Assembly (NCBI GenBank): GCA_030704615.1
Contig: CM060734.1
Coordinates: 11,470,001-11,534,000, forward strand
Origin: Takakia lepidozioides
Lineage: Eukaryota; Plantae; Bryophyta
Direction of reading: 5' to 3'
Length of the DNA: 64,000 bases
The translations under genes were made by a program, and so were the position numbers. Shown here piece after piece: positions 11,788-23,442 of this stretch. The stretch's first letter is position 1. Each line of letters opens with the position of its first letter. The notes beneath the pieces were generated by a model that was given only the letters and a program-made list of their open reading frames with translations, was not told the DNA's origin and ran no database searches.

Positions 11788-12639
11788 TTTCTCTCTTGCT
11801 CTGCGTCTCTCTCTAAGGGAAGTAAAATAAAGAGACTTTCTTCTCTTTCGTATTCTAGAAGGAACCCTCTCCAGCTTGACTACCACTCTCCCTCTAAGCG
11901 CGAAAAGTAGAAAAACGCAGTGACTCCCGATTTCTTGCGGGATTGCCTGCGTTCTTGCGTGTCTCTAGAAGCATCGGATTCCCTCCCGCGTGACCGTTAC
12001 ACATAGTCGTTCCCTTATTAGTGCACATGCCAGCAATTGGTGTACAGCTGTTCGTATTCAGTTATGGATGTCTGACGTGTGTCGCCCAAAAAAAACGGCG
12101 TGTTCTTTATTAGAACGGTTTCAATATTTAAAAATAACAGCGAATCCCAGAAATTTTGGCGCAGTCTTACACAAATAAATGTAAATGAACGAGAGTTTGA
12201 TGACAAATTGGAATATCATACACGGTCATCCTTGTTAGCCAAACCCCACATTCGTTTCACATTTGGAACTTTCCAGGTGCGCATGATCATTGGTAGTAGT
12301 ATATAGATACATTTACTTAATCTGCAATCCCATTCTCAGATCCTGTGGCATGCTTCCAGGAAGTCGGCTTTGTTTTTGGGTTTATTGATGAGGTTCTGGT
12401 TAACGGTTTTACAGCTGCCGACACTGCACCTAGGGATACTCTGACCACTGGGCCCACAAGAAAAGTAATTAAAATGGACGGCTGCATATCTGGAAAGAAT
12501 AACATAATATGCACAGTCGTTATCTGAGCTTCCTCCGCCATATTCTCTGCTCATTCTTCAACTGTGTTCTGGAGACATCAGTAAACCGATTTACACTAGA
12601 TCTGCGATAGCAAGGTACAAACGTACGCGAGGAAGGAAG

Positions 12640-15600
12640 ATGGCTTCCTCTGAAGCGGAGTTCTTCTCTGACGACAAACCAGTGCCGTTCTCCCAGGAAG
12701 TCCTTGACAATGGATTTGCAATTGTTCTGGAACATGTCTTGGCTACCCGTTTTCAGCTGCAGAATGGCTCCATCTTTTTGGAGAAAGAGGTGTACGATCT
12801 TAAAGGGAAGTTGGTGAAATATTCTTTCCAAAACCGTGATGAGACGGCTCATATCAGCCAGTGGAGAGTGCGTCCTGGTCGATACAGAGTACTTGGAGAG
12901 CCTCGGCGAAAGTCCCTTGGGTCATATGTGACGCCCGGGACTGCTGCTTCGGTCGTTGAAGACAAGAGGGAGGTGGTGGTGAAAAAAGAACAGACGTCCT
13001 CCACTCCAATCGTTGAGCTTTCGGATTCTTCCGATGATGACATAAGTGAAATTCCAAATCCAGTCCTTCCTACTGTGGTTGGAGAAGCTGATGAAGAAGA
13101 GATTTGTAGTGTCATTCCAAAATTGCGGGCGATGGGAGGAATGGCTGGATTCAAAAGTGAGTTGCGGGGAATTGATTGGGAATCTTTGAAGCAGGTGCCT
13201 GTGAAGTTCTTGCCGGAGACTTTTGATGGCGATATCCTATTCGAGCTGCCTCCTCCTCCGCGAGTTGGAGGTGTAACAATCATGATGCATGGAATGGACA
13301 AGAAACACGACGGGCACCCGTGGTGCAGAACAAAAACATCCAATATTCAGAATGATGACAAGCTTGTTTTCAGGAGGACAGTTTGCAATGGACACCTTAG
13401 GTGTGATAATTTGAATTGCAGACACTTTCTTCAGTCTGGGGTTCATAATCAAAGCGAATGGGAGGGTCTGGCGGAAAATCCATTTCAGCCTGGGACTGCC
13501 CCTCCACCGGCAAACACTTTCGTCTGCAAATTCTGCAAACTTGTGCCATCCTGTTTGGCGCTCTGCGGAGCAAGAATGTACTATGTTGTCCACCGTTTGA
13601 ATACAATGACGAGAGCTTGTGTGCATTTTGGATTCCATAACCATCCTGTCTCGAAGGGGGATTACAGGAGAGAGTGTTGAGACAGTATCGAGGTTGATCA
13701 AACAGGAGTTCGGGAGAAACCCATCCGCAACAACATCTGCAATTGCTCTTGGCGCAAGCAAGTCCTTTTGGAAAGCCATATTTTGAGTGAAGGAGATTCT
13801 GTGGGGACTAAACTTGACGGTGCAGCATTGGACCTGGTCATGGATCATTTCTCCACTTTAAGTTCACCTAACATTCGGCATCAGATCAATGCATTGAGAA
13901 TGGGCTCTGGGATCAGAGGCTACATAGACAATATTTTGGAATTGAAACGAGTGAGCAAGTACGATTACATCCAGGACAATGTATTCCCAGGTCAAGGTGC
14001 CATCAAAGTTTTTCTTTTCAAAATGTCGACTGTTGGGGAGGGCAGTGGGGTTAGCCTCGTGAAGCGGATGCAGAAGACTGGGGACTTGCAGAACTGTTTT
14101 CTTATGTTTGATCATGTGAAACGAGTGAAGGATTGGACGACAATGGCTTGTCATGTCTACGATCCAGTGTACCAACGAGTTATGACAATTGCAGTTTGTG
14201 ACATGCAATCCGAGGATACGGAATCCCAGAAGCTCATGTGGAATTCCCTGATACGTGTCATGGGCTGCCATCTCCAAATTTCGCAGGTTTCATGGCGGAT
14301 AGTGCTCAAGCAAATTTCAATGCTGTTCGTATTGTCTTCGGATCGGGCGACCCAAAAGTGCCTATGCCAGGAAGAGAGCGTACATGTCTATTCCATTGGA
14401 CACAATCTCTGGAAAAACATACAAAGTCGGACATCAAACCAGAGATGCAGACTCAGCACCGTAAATTGTGCAAAGAGTACAAAGATGCTAGAACAATGAA
14501 GGAGGCGGACACTTTGTTCCAGACAATTCGTGCCTGGTGGTTCTCTTCTGGAGCTGCATCACTTGAGAGTATGAGAGCATTGGAAGATTGGCTGGCGTTT
14601 TGGCACTTCCGGTATAGACAGTGGGGAGCAGCCATGACAATGGTACGAGGCTTCTATTTCATGCTTTATTCATACATTTGCTTTCCATATTTTTGACTCA
14701 TTGCTTTCTTTATGTTGTTTCCTGTGCACTGTTCTGAAGTGTGGTTATCCTCTTTGCAGAACATGTCCATTGAGGAAATGGCGGACATGCCATCTTGCAA
14801 TTTGGCAGAAACTGTGCACAACGCATGGTTGCAGCAGTCTGGGAAACGAGGTCGGGATTTGTATGTGGCAACAACAGATGATTTGATACGTGCCTTGCAA
14901 CAACAAACCCGATACCGTGATTTCTTACGAGGTGGGGTTGGTGGCAAGGGTCCGGACAAATGGGAGTTGATGTTGCGTGCTGCAAACAGATCTGGGGATC
15001 CAATCAAGATAGCACGGGCGGTGAGCATGTATGCCCAGGGAACGCCACTTGTTTCTAGAGTTCCACATCTTGAAGGGGAGGAGAGATTCGGCTCCTGTAA
15101 GAGGAAATTGAACACTCCACCTGGTTCGGATTCAGATTCCCACAGGGCAGACCGTGATAACTTCTCGAAGCCTCGTGTTCCCCTGCATGACAGCTCCATG
15201 TCCGGAACCTCCATTGTGGAGGAACCTCCAACACGACGGCAAGCTCCAGCATCAAACAGTGCCACTGAAATGGTGCAGGAGAGAAACAACCCCCTTGATG
15301 TGCTTGAGTCCGCATGCCCCGACCACGTTTGGCACATAGAACGCACAAGTGTAGGGTCTCGTGTGAAATGTACAGCGATCAGGGCAACTAATTTCGAGAA
15401 GTGCACTTCATCTATATCCAGAGGTGGTGCCCGAACTCCTGCTCCGACTTTCACGGGCTTGATGCGTCCATACGGTCAACCAGAAGCCAAGAACCACAAG
15501 TTCTGGTTCTGCGCAGATGATTGTGCCAGATGTGTGCATGGAACTGTGCGTCCTTCCGTAGTGATGAAGCCAACTCCTCCAACCGTTTGGCCCGTGAAGG

Positions 15601-16146
15601 TGGGAACACATCTCAGCTTTCAGGAGATTGAAATGCTGGAGGAGGCAGGTTTTTCCCTTGCGAGACAACCCCAACTCCATGCATGTGCTACTACTTCTGC
15701 GTCCTCCCGGGTCCCCCTGGCAAATCCTGACTTGTGGCCAACCAAACGAGATGGAAAGCTCGTTCGGCGTTTCCCTCCAACCGCTGAACACTTTGGCAAA
15801 GTGGAGTCCGCAAGAATGCTCCAAGCTCGTGTTGGAAGCACCACGGAAGTACCCGATCCAGGATATGGTCGGGTTATTCACAATCATCACTTCCACATCT
15901 GCTGTTCATGACAGGACCTACGACATCACGGTTTCCAATTTCCCCAATTGCACATGTCCTGATTTTGTGAATATGCTATCAACCAGTTTGGGCAAGAGAG
16001 GTAAATTCATACCCTGCAAACATTTGTATTTCATATTTTTGAGGAGGATGGTTTGCGATCCCAAACGTGACAACTTCATTCACCAGGCCACTATGAGTTT
16101 CAACGAGGTCGATACTCTTTTGCAGCGGGATACAACACATGGGTAG
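12640..16146 (+). pseudogene. Mutator-like (MULE) transposase A: N-terminal domain, GCM/WRKY-like Zn domain, DDE core, SWIM finger; stop and frameshifts
   Basis: DGHPWCRTKTSN...CNGHLRCDNLNC...CKFC...C...HFGFHNHP; FDHVKR (D1); FMADSAQAN (D2); CLFH (CxxH); WLAFW; NLAETVH (E); CTCPDF..CKHL (SWIM). TGA at 13678, frameshifts at ~13695, ~14265 and ~15873, intron ~14643-14759. Confidence 0.88.
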
Positions 16147-16640
16147 CATGAACTATATAATGTGGTATGTGGATGACCATGATTTGAAATGTGTATTTCA
16201 CATCAATTCGTCGGCTGTGCAATGATATGGCCTCCAACTATACGGAGTGAGCTCTGAGTGACAACTTTTAGGTAGTGCACATTTGTCATTGCACCGTTCG
16301 AAGTCTACATGTCTTGTTGTCGCTATGCACTACAATCATCTTTTGAAGATGATCCTAACTCTCATTGTTATTTGAGGAGGGAGGAAGGTCTTCCCGTGGC
16401 AGCCTTTATGGCGCACACTTTGTGAGGACATTTGTCGTCCTCGTAATTGTAAAAGTGAAACAAGCATTTGTAATTGCACAATGTTGGATGCTGCAATTGT
16501 AGGCCTCAATGCTTGTCTTGATTCTATTTAGGCAAGATTCCCTGCATTAATTCCACGGTCATAGGACCATCCACGGCTTTAGGCGGCGCATGTTAATGGT
16601 GACGTGACAGATGACAGACAGTGCCATGTCATCATTTACC

Positions 16641-16710
16641 GCCACATCAGCATGCTGACATGACGCTCAAGCCACATCAGCATGCTGACATGACGCTCAA
16701 GCCACATCAG
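16641..16710. repeat. 30-bp subterminal tandem duplication of element A
   Basis: GCCACATCAGCATGCTGACATGACGCTCAA x2 plus a partial third copy; contains the palindrome TCAGCATGCTGA. Confidence 0.85.
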
Positions 16711-16801
16711 TGTGTGTGCAGGCTCACGCCACGTCAGCTGGTGTGAGCATACGCTCACGCCACGTCACTCCTGCGTGAGCGTACGCTCGCGCGCTCACGC
16801 C

Positions 16802-18092
16802 ATTGCGTCGTTGCCCTCCCATCGAGTCTTCTTGTGGTTTAGCTCCATACGGCCTTGTCTTTCGCCCCTAGGGACATCCGAGAAACATTCAGCCCTTTCA
16901 ATTGCCTCGTTCAAAGTCTTAGGTGGCTTCTCCTCCAACTTCCGCCTGGCCCATGGGGCCAGTCCCGCCACAAAGTTGAAAACCATTTCTGGTTCTGCCA
17001 TATCCGCGACTTCGAGCAACAGCACATTGAAAGCCTGAACATATCCCCGAATGTCATCCATTTGCTTCAAATTCCTCATCTTGTCCCGGGCGAGCCAGGA
17101 CGCGTTGAGGGGAACAAACTGTCTTTTCATAAGTTCCTTGAACCCACTCTAGTTCAAGGTTTCCGGGTTTGGACCTTGGTCATGAAGGCGTTTCTGCCAC
17201 CATTGTTGAGCATAGCCCCTCAAATAGGTGGGAGCTACCTCCACCCGATCCTCGTCACTCAACTTGGCCGCCTGGAAATACTACTCCAGCTCCAAGAGCC
17301 AGGTGTTGAGTGCCTTCCAATTTCGGACGCCCTCGAAGGTGTCGGGTTTGTTAGGCTTCACCTTAAACTTTGCCTTAGTGGAAGTGGCATTAGCCGCCTT
17401 CAACTTCTTTCAACGTCCACCAAACTGCGCCAACAACCCTTCCCAAAAGGCTGCTGGCATGGGGGCACTGGATACCTGAACATGGTTTTGTTTGCGCTGC
17501 AATGCAAGTGTTGGTTGGGGCAGCGTATCCTTTGAACATATCCTCGAATATCATATGTTTGCTTCAAGTTCCTCATTTTGTTCCGGGCAAGCCAGGATGC
17601 GTTGAGAGGTACAAACTATTTTTTAATGAGTTCCTTGAACTCACCCCAACTTAAGGGCTCAGGGTTTGGCCCTTGGTTATTAAGACGCTTCTGCCACCAT
17701 TGTTGAGCATAGCCCTTCAAATAGGTAGGAGCCACTTCCACCCGATCCTCGTCACTCCGCTTGGCCGCCCGGAAGTACTGCTCCAGCTCCAAGAGCCAGG
17801 TGTTGAGTGCCTTCCGATTTTGGACGCCCTCGAAGGTGCCGGGTTCCTTAGGCTTCACCTTAAACTTCACCTTAGTTGAAGTGGCATTAGCCGCCATCAT
17901 CAAGTCTTTCAACGTCCCGCCAAACTGCGCCAGAAGGCCTTCCCAGAAAGTTGGTGGCATTAGCGGCATCTGTTGGACTGGTGGGTCTCTCGGAGAGTCC
18001 TCAGGCTCCGACTCCCCAAATGTCTCTTGCTCTTGAACGGCCTCGCTTTCAAAAGCATAAATAGCCTCTTTCGTTTGCCGTTGCGTTTTCAC
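16802..18092 (-). pseudogene. Ty3/gypsy gag, with an internal ~500-bp diverged duplication
   Basis: KPKEPGTFEG...WLLELEQYF...YLKGYAQQWW...WGEFKELIK; FVP..ARDKMRNLKQ...YVQAF...FVAGL. 17040-17470 resembles 17535-17960. Confidence 0.9.
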
Positions 18093-18153
18093 TTGGTCTT
18101 GCTCGGCCCCATGGTGAGGCCGATCCCAAGGGCGATCGCATACTGAACTCTAG

Positions 18154-18165
18154 GCTCTGATATCA
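18154..18165 (-). other. Primer-binding site, tRNA-iMet type
   Basis: The minus strand reads TGATATCAGAGC (canonical TGGTATCAGAGC), 2 nt after the LTR's terminal CA. Confidence 0.85.
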
Positions 18166-18167
18166 AG

Positions 18168-18691
18168 TGTTGCGCACCTCACTTTGGTAAACTCCCCTTC
18201 AAGTCATAATTACTCGCTTTGATGCGCATGCCTAACTCCCAACCTCGGCCAACTCTGAGCTTCGGCTTCTCACCGGGGCATAACGGTCCCCATTGCTCCC
18301 ACACATGACCCTCAAACTATCGGGCCCAATGGAAATTCCCTTTGGTTGATGGCAGTCCGGAATAGCTCCCCACACCTTGGTCGCTTTCCGGCTCGCTTGC
18401 TTACTCACTAGCTTTTGGTCACTCAACGGGCTTGCACTGTTCTTGGGGTTACTACTCCCTATATATACTTCTGTAGGTGTCGACGGGGGTTTCGCAAATA
18501 ACCAAGTCTTTTTATGGTGAACCACCACCAAGACCCTCGATTCCTTGTGATGAGTCACGGTGAGTCTTGGCCCACCTGGTACCACGGCCCCAATGGACCG
18601 TGATGAGCCCCTAACGTTGCCACTACCCCCACCACAGGGGCAGCCCCTCTTGTGTTCCGACCCCCCGCCCTCAAGGCAAAGGGCCGCGACA
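18168..18691 (-). mobile_element. 5' LTR (~524 bp) of the gypsy element
   Basis: Ends TGTTGCG...CGCGACA (TG..CA with short inverted repeat). It abuts the PBS, has a TATA-like TATATATAG inside, and changes abruptly to another repeat family at 18692. Confidence 0.8.
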
Positions 18692-21600
18692 GATCGACTG
18701 TTGCCCATCCAGATGAGTTTTGTTTGCTTTCAAACTTCAGGCCAGTATGTTCCACATACCATAAGGCGAGTCCCAATGTAATATGAGATGAAACGAAATT
18801 CGTTCGATGGGCCAACGGATGGATGCCCATCTAAATGATTTTTGTTCGCTTTGAAACTTCCGCAGCGTCTTTACAATACCGTCTCATACGTCCCTGAGTA
18901 ATATGAGATGAAACGAATTTTGTTCAATGGGCCAACGGCGCGTTCACATGTCATCCAGTTTTGCTCACTGCGAAAAAGAAATCCTCTCATGCGTGAACGC
19001 CTATTGCATCGATGAACGGATGTGGTTCACGCTCAACTTTAGCCCGCATGTGCTTGAATATGTGTGCAACACATGCGCAGAGATTCAAGAGAAAAAAAAC
19101 CATTTGCCCCCCCAACAACGCAGTCCCCCTTCGAACAATTTTGAATTAACTCGATTTTCTTGAATTTTAATTCAATAATTAGACTTAGAATGTCTGTGAT
19201 TCTAGGTCAATTTTGTTCTTTTATTCAACCCTCACACCTGTGCATCCTTGCAAAAATGTGGACCAAAGAAAAATGGAAAAAAAAATAAAAAATGTTCACT
19301 TCGCTCACTATTCTATAATTCGTTTCTTCTCCACCATTTGTATCGCATAATCCTCAGCCATGTCAAAATTCCCGTCCACAGAACCAGTAGTATCCAAATC
19401 ATCTTCCCCCCATTGGCCGTACTGTTTCCTGTCCTTCGGTGGCTTCGCAGGAATCCTGACTGGCATACAGTGTATGCCTACCATGTCTGGAAGCTTATAC
19501 TGTAAGACTTGTATCAACCTCTTGCGGGCAAGATTAGTGTATGCCCGCAGTTCATCATCTGTATAGCTGAGTGGTGTACCAATGACTTTGGAGAACTGTA
19601 GCCACTTCCTGGCTTCATGCCCCTTGGAAAATATGTAGTCAAGACCCAAGTTCTCATTGGCCAAGTTCTCCAGAGCAAAGTAAACCAAGAACGAAGTTGG
19701 GGATCCTTCTGAAGCATGATCCTTACATCATACAGATACGTATGTGGTGGAACTGAAGGTAACATCCAATGTTTCCCACTGGAATAAGTCTGAAATCTCA
19801 TCTGCATCTTCTGCTGCTCAATGTGATAGCGTGAAATAAAACAAGCAGCATAATACAGTCCACAACCCATGACCAAACTAGGTACCTCCTTGGTCTTGGT
19901 GTAAATGAATCCATGAACAATCTAGAAGGCAATTAATTCCTTCAGCATGGTTCCCGCCTCAGACCACCGCACAAAATGGTGATCTTCAATGGGTCTGTCA
20001 GTTGGAAGAACTTTAGTCCGAGTTGCCACTGGCAACCAAATGCGCATAAGCCAAAGACTCTGGAGGACTGAATTCTTTCCAAGCCAAATCCATAACAATG
20101 GGAATTTGGTTGAAGTGTAGAATCATAGCCCGATTGTATTCAAGTGCAGCAGGAGTAGTAGGTGGGTTAAAAGAAGCATCACCCCAAACCTCAGACAGTG
20201 ATTGCTGCAGTGCCATGGTATCAACACTGTCGACGTGATGTGGTTGCTGTGATGTTGTTGCCACAGTCCTTCTTGATGTTGGCAAGTCTTGCACTTCCTA
20301 TGCTGAAGATTGGAAAATCAAAGTCCTTGCATGTAAATAAGTAGCCATGAGCTGTTTCTCAGGAACAAAGGCCATTTTGTCAATGTTAAAGCTCAAGTCA
20401 TCCACTTGAGTCTGCAGCTTCTACATCCTCCTGTAACTTAGCTATCCGACTATAGACATTGTCTATAGTGGTTGTGGCAATGTTCTCCACCCGTAGCCTG
20501 AGATCATTCATCTCGTCTTGGGTGAACTTTCTTGGTGCTTTCCCTTCCACCGGCCCTTGTGTTAACCACTCTTGTAAAAGATGATTATCTACCAAGTCCT
20601 GTGTAACACCACGGAGATCCTGCTCCTCCTTGAGCCTCTATGCTTCCAATTGCTGTTGCAAATTCTCCACGCTTCGCATGAGGCTCAACCAGAGCTGCAT
20701 AGGCAGCTGACAGATTATTGGCTTCTTTCCAAGCTTTTTCACTCACAGAAAATTCATTGTCCCATACTGTGATGGTTTGCTGCAACTCAAAGATGTACCT
20801 GTCATTCTGGACATCAACCTGGTGCAACTGCTGAAGTGTATCTTCATTGATAGAAGTTGAAGACAAATCCACTTTGGAGTGCAAATGGGTTGTGAAAATC
20901 GTGGTTTTGGGTCCAAATGACTTTTGATCGCTCCCAAATTTTGCACGCACATTGCACATGGTGTCCCTACGTCAGTGGTTCAAGTATGGAGCAAAACAAA
21001 TAGGCAAAATGCAGTCAAACAGGTCCCGCAATCATACGAGATGAAAGGAAATCCATTCGATGGGGCAATGGATGGTTGCCCATGCAAATGATTTTTTGTT
21101 TGCTTTCAAACTTTGCCAGTATGTTTGGTACCCCGTCAGGCACGTCCCAGACGAGTACGACATCAATCGAAATTCGTTCAATGGCCCAACGGACGGTTGC
21201 CCATCCAGAAGAGTTGAGTTTTTTTTAAAACTTTGCTAGTAGTTCAACATACCATAACATGGGTCCCAGTGTAATATGAGATGAAACGAAATTCGTTCGA
21301 TGGGCCAACGGATGGATTCCCATCCAAATGATTTTCGTTCACTTTGAAACTTCTGTAGCGTCTTCAGTATACCGTCTCACATATCCCTGAGTAATATGAG
21401 ATGAAACGAAAATTCGTTCAATGGGCCAACGGCGCGTTCACCTGTCATGGAGATAGAGAGTTCTGCAATAGTGAACGAAGACACCATTTTTTTTTTTTCA
21501 TTTTTGTTTGAGTGCATGAAGTTGAAGACAAATCCACTTTGGAGTGCAAATGAGGCGCGAAATCGTGGTTTAGTATCCAAATTACTTTTGATTGCTCCCA

Positions 21601-22320
21601 AAGTTTGCATGCACATTGCATATGTTATCGTCAAGCCAATGGTTCAAGAATAGAGCCAAAAACAAATCATGAGCAGGTGAAACGCAGCCCAACAGGTCCA
21701 GGAGTCATACGAGATGAAACAAAATTCATTCGATTGGATAACGGATGGTTGGCCATCTGAATGATTTTTGTTTCCTCTCAAACTTTGCCAGTATGTTTGG
21801 TACGCCGTCTCACAGGTCCCGTACGAGTATGACATTAATCGAAATTCATTCAATGGCCCAACGGATGGTTGTCCATCCAGATGAGTTTGGTTTGCTTTCA
21901 AACTTTGCCAGTATATTCAACATACCATAAGACGGGTCCCAGTGTAATATGAGATGAAACGAATTTTGTTTGATGGGCCAACGGATAGATGCCCATCCAA
22001 ATGATTTTCGTTCGCTTCGAAACTTCCGCAACGTCTTCAGTATACCGTCTCACAGGTCCCTGAGTAATATAAGATGAAACGAAATTTGTTCTATGGCCCA
22101 ACGGCGCGTTCACCTATCATGAAGTTTTACTCATTGCAAAAAAGAATGGCGGTCGAATGGTTGACCATCCAAATGATTTTTGTTTGCTTTCAAACTTTGC
22201 CACTATGTTCAACATACCATGTATCAGGTCCCGGACTAATATGAGATGAAATGAAATTCATTCGATGGCTGAACAGATGGTTGCCCATCCAAACGATTTT
22301 GGTTCGCATTCAGACTTTGT
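18692..22320. repeat. Blocks of ~120-bp tandem repeats (18692-18960, 20860-21445, 21520-22320)
   Basis: Unit core GAGATGAAACGAAATTCGTTCGATGGGCCAACGGATGGATGCCCATCCAAATGATTTT. 20860-21445 and 21520-22120 form a ~660-bp higher-order repeat. Confidence 0.85.
19308..20860 (-). pseudogene. Disrupted coding sequence of unknown function embedded between repeat blocks
   Basis: Chain of same-strand ORFs (20585..20959, 20398..20595, 20013..20294, 19514..19876, 19308..19688) with protein-like composition, separated by stops and frameshifts. No motif recognised. Confidence 0.45.
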
Positions 22321-22329
22321 AAAGGCCAA

Positions 22330-23442
22330 AATCAAGCAGCCCAATTGAGAACATGCAGAGATCATATCATTGATCAATGCAAAATGAGACGAGTATTTTG
22401 CAAGTCTGGACATGGTGGACCCCCAGGACGAGTTTAAAACTACAGTAGTCAAGTGGCGCAAGATTGCTGACAGTGTTATGAAAGATGGAAATTCCCCACA
22501 CCCCTGCAATGGGCCGGCGTGTAAAGACAAGTGGGGATCAATATGGAGACTTCAAAAGAATTCATGACTATATGCAGGGGACCGGAGGTATACTGGGACT
22601 TGAGTCCGGCTGAGAAACTGGGCTTTAATCTAGCCAGACATTATAGTCGCAACATGTATGAAATGATAGATGCGTTTATGGGGATCATACCCATCTTCCA
22701 GCCACCACATGCTCGTGGTCTCATGCAAGAAGGGGACAATGTCTACGTCCCACCTGGTATCCATGTACTAGACTCGGATACATCAGATCATGTGCAGCAA
22801 GAAGTAGTGCCTCCAAATCATGGTGAACAGAGTGAATTACATGCCACGAGCAACACCGATACGGAAGGGTCCACAAATTCAACCTCGAGTTAGGAAAAAT
22901 GAGTCCAAGAACACTTCCCTTGTCTCTGCTCATGTCACTCCACCTGTCTATGGTGGTACTCAAGAATGCCCAATTGAGCTCGGTACTGGGTTTCAAGATG
23001 CAATGGCAGATGCCATGAGGCAGCCAGTGTTCACTGACAACTCAGACTGTTCAGTTCAATTCATGTTGAAGGCACCCAATCGGCAACCGGTGGGCAGCAC
23101 TGGGGTGAAAAAAAAATCCTCCTCAGCTCACACTAGCATGGTGGAAGTTACGGAGAAGGGTAACAAAATGCTCTGGACAAAATCCGAGAGTCTCAAGAGG
23201 TTGTGATCAACAAACAACTTGAATACTACAAGCAGCGTGACGAAAAAACTAATCAGACGCAGCGCAACATGGTAGAGGCAATATTTGGCCTGACCCAGAT
23301 AATGGGAATGGCATTTGGGCGACATGCGAGCAATGCAACTACATCAACATCCAACTACAATGCACCTCGTCAGAACGACAACAACAATGTGAATAGTCGT
23401 GCACCTTCTCCCGATGACAACAACAATGCAGAAGAGCTCTGA
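22330..23442 (+). pseudogene. Myb/SANT trihelix-type DNA-binding protein relic (possibly PIF/Harbinger ORF1-like)
   Basis: KQPN*EHAEIISLINAK...KWRKIADSV...CNGPACKDKWGSI/GDFKRIHDY/YWDLSPAEK...LARHYSRNMYEMIDAFM, followed by a low-complexity linker and C-terminal coiled coil. Stops and frameshifts present. Confidence 0.7.

Larger units (their letters stand above)
5309..16801. mobile_element. Element A: 11.5-kb Mutator-like DNA transposon carrying divergent transposase and ParB-methyltransferase genes, inserted into gypsy gag
   Basis: Inverted ends GGCGTGAGC (5309) and GCTCACGCC (16801), with subterminal GCCACGTCA/GCTCACG motifs. Both flanks are gypsy gag, and joining them restores the reading frame (...WEGNDAM-RHP*RAGDSFQPEKKW...LKGG). 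Confidence 0.88.

Noticed and set aside
14666-15454. 262-aa antisense ORF, and its twin at 57633..58358
   Set aside because: It is the shadow of the transposase exon. Its conservation simply reflects near-identical DNA, and B has no equivalent.
12640-16146. KDZ/Zisupton or CACTA assignment for the transposase
   Set aside because: No CACTA termini or recognisable KDZ motifs. The D..D-CxxH..E layout with a C-terminal SWIM fits the Mutator/IS256-like group better, pending HMM confirmation.
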